Assembly (NCBI GenBank): GCA_963797095.1
Contig: CAWCNY010000001.1
Span: forward strand, 128,001 to 192,000
Reading direction: 5' to 3'
Length of the DNA stretch: 64,000 bases
DNA from: an uncultured Chloroflexia bacterium
GTDB lineage: Bacteria > Chloroflexota > Chloroflexia > QHBQ01 > JADMIH01
A program made the translations under genes and the position numbers. The notes beneath the pieces were generated by a model. It was not told the DNA's origin and ran no database searches. It was given only the letters and a program-made list of their open reading frames with translations. Below are positions 62,702 to 64,000 of this stretch, piece after piece; positions within the stretch are counted from its first letter, which is position 1; every line of letters starts with the position of its first letter.

Positions 62702-64000
62702 ATGCTGCGCCTGGTGGCGTGTCGGGTGCGGGCTTTGGGCGGGCGGAGGGACTGGTCGAGGATCTGGACGGGGTGGAGAATGCGGAGGGGTTGGCCGAGG
62801 CGCTCGGAGGTGGCGGCTATCTGGAGGGTGCAGCCGGGGTTGGCGCTGGCTACTATGGTCGCGCCGGTGGCGAGGATGTTGCGGGTTTTGCGCTCGCCTA
62901 GCTCGGCGGCAGGCTCAGGCTCGATGAGGTTGTAGATCCCTGCGCTGCCGCAGCAGATGTCGCTTTCGGCGATGGGCACAAGCTCGATGCCGGGGATGGA
63001 GCGCAGGAGGTAGCGGGGCTGGCGGCGGATGCCCTGGGCGTGGGCGAGGTGGCAGGCGTCGTGGTAGGCGACTTTGGCGTTGATGGGGCGGCGGGGGGCG
63101 ACCGGGCCGAGGTCGGCGAGTAGCTCGGTGATGTCGCGGACTTTGGCGGAGAAGGCGGCAGCGCGCTCGGCGTAGGCGGGGTCGTCGCGCAGAAGATGGC
63201 CGTATTCCTTCATAGAGGAGCCGCACCCGGCAGCGTTGACGGCTATGTAATCGAGGTTGGAATGGTCGAAGGCGTCTATGAGGGCGCGGGCGTATTTGCG
63301 GGCGGCGTCCTCTCTACCGGAGTGGAGGTTGAGCGCGCCGCAGCAGCCCTGTGGTGGGACGAGCACGTCGCAGCCTTCGGCGGCGAGCACGCGCACGCTG
63401 GCGGCGTTGACCTCGGAGAAGAATACACGCTGCACGCAGCCTTCGAGGAGGCCGACGCGCGCCCGGCATGGGCCTTTGGCGTGGGTGAAGCGGGGGAGCC
63501 TGCGGCGCAGGGCGCGCAAGGTGATGGGCGGGGCTACGGATTCGAGGGTGGCGAGGCGGAGGGGCAGGGCGGGGCCGAGGAGGCGACGCAGCAGGGTGGA
63601 GAGGGTGCCTTTGCGGTCCTGTTGGGTGAGGTTGGTGGCGGCACCGAGGGTGCGGCGGACGAGGGAGGAGAGGCCGATTTTGCGGTAGAGGATGAGGAGA
63701 GGGGCTATTGCGCGGAGGCGGGTGGGGTAGGGAAAGAGGGCGAAGAGGAGGGCGCGAAAGAGGCGATCCTGGGGGGAGCGGGGGTAGCGGCGCTCGATCT
63801 GCTGGCGGGTCGATTCGATCAGCCTGTCGTACTGGACGCCGGAGGGGCAGGCGGTGAGACAGGCCATGCAGCCGAGACAGCGGTCGAAGTGGGTGACGGT
63901 GGTGGGGGTGAGGTCGATCTTCTGCTCGTTGGCAAGCTTCATCAGGTGGATGCGGCCACGCGGGGAGTCCATTTCTTCGCCCCAGAGGACGTAGGTGGGG
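62698..64000 (-). CDS. glcF: Glycolate oxidase Fe-S subunit (CCG domains), 5'-partial
   Basis: 'DSPRGRI', 'CLGCMACLTACPSGV', 'QGCCGAL', 'YHDACHL', 'CCGSAGIYN', 'ANPGC'. Confidence 0.9.
   Translation of the reverse strand, partial: PTYVLWGEEMDSPRGRIHLMKLANEQKIDLTPTTVTHFDRCLGCMACLTACPSGVQYDRLIESTRQQIERRYPRSPQDRLFRALLFALFPYPTRLRAIAPLLILYRKIGLSSLVRRTLGAATNLTQQDRKGTLSTLLRRLLGPALPLRLATLESVAPPITLRALRRRLPRFTHAKGPCRARVGLLEGCVQRVFFSEVNAASVRVLAAEGCDVLVPPQGCCGALNLHSGREDAARKYARALIDAFDHSNLDYIAVNAAGCGSSMKEYGHLLRDDPAYAERAAAFSAKVRDITELLADLGPVAPRRPINAKVAYHDACHLAHAQGIRRQPRYLLRSIPGIELVPIAESDICCGSAGIYNLIEPEPAAELGERKTRNILATGATIVASANPGCTLQIAATSERLGQPLRILHPVQILDQSLRPPKARTRHATRRSM

Overview
Bacterial chromosomal window, probably Chloroflexota (inferred from Chloroflexia-style SLH proteins with 'GYPCxxPGEPC' motifs, a NurA/HAS-barrel/HerA set and a USP-GpgS fusion). 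Two kinds of DNA are visible. Native-looking DNA with a strongly G-rich + strand (about 3.1-6.4, 14.4-19.7 and 62.7-64 kb) carries herA, a stand-alone HAS-barrel gene, nurA, rsmI, yihY and glcF, and is peppered with 7-9 bp tandem repeats, some in-frame inside genes. nurA is separated from HAS-herA by about 8.6 kb of accessory genes, including a PIN gene split by an IS701-like element. An unskewed, pseudogene-rich block of about 42 kb (20.5-62.7 kb) is bounded by a 67-bp direct repeat of the glcF 3' region, like an attL/attR pair, but no integrase is visible. The block carries salt/osmotic-stress genes (GT4 + USP-GpgS, Bfr, Ca-type P-ATPase, CorC-like, NhaD/ArsB, TreT-YHS, OpuC-type ABC, cDPGS-like), a LacI-controlled xyloside cluster, an internally deleted group II intron and two candidate cis-regulatory RNAs. 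No rRNA, tRNA or CRISPR array was seen. All family calls come from motif recognition by eye; no database search was run.
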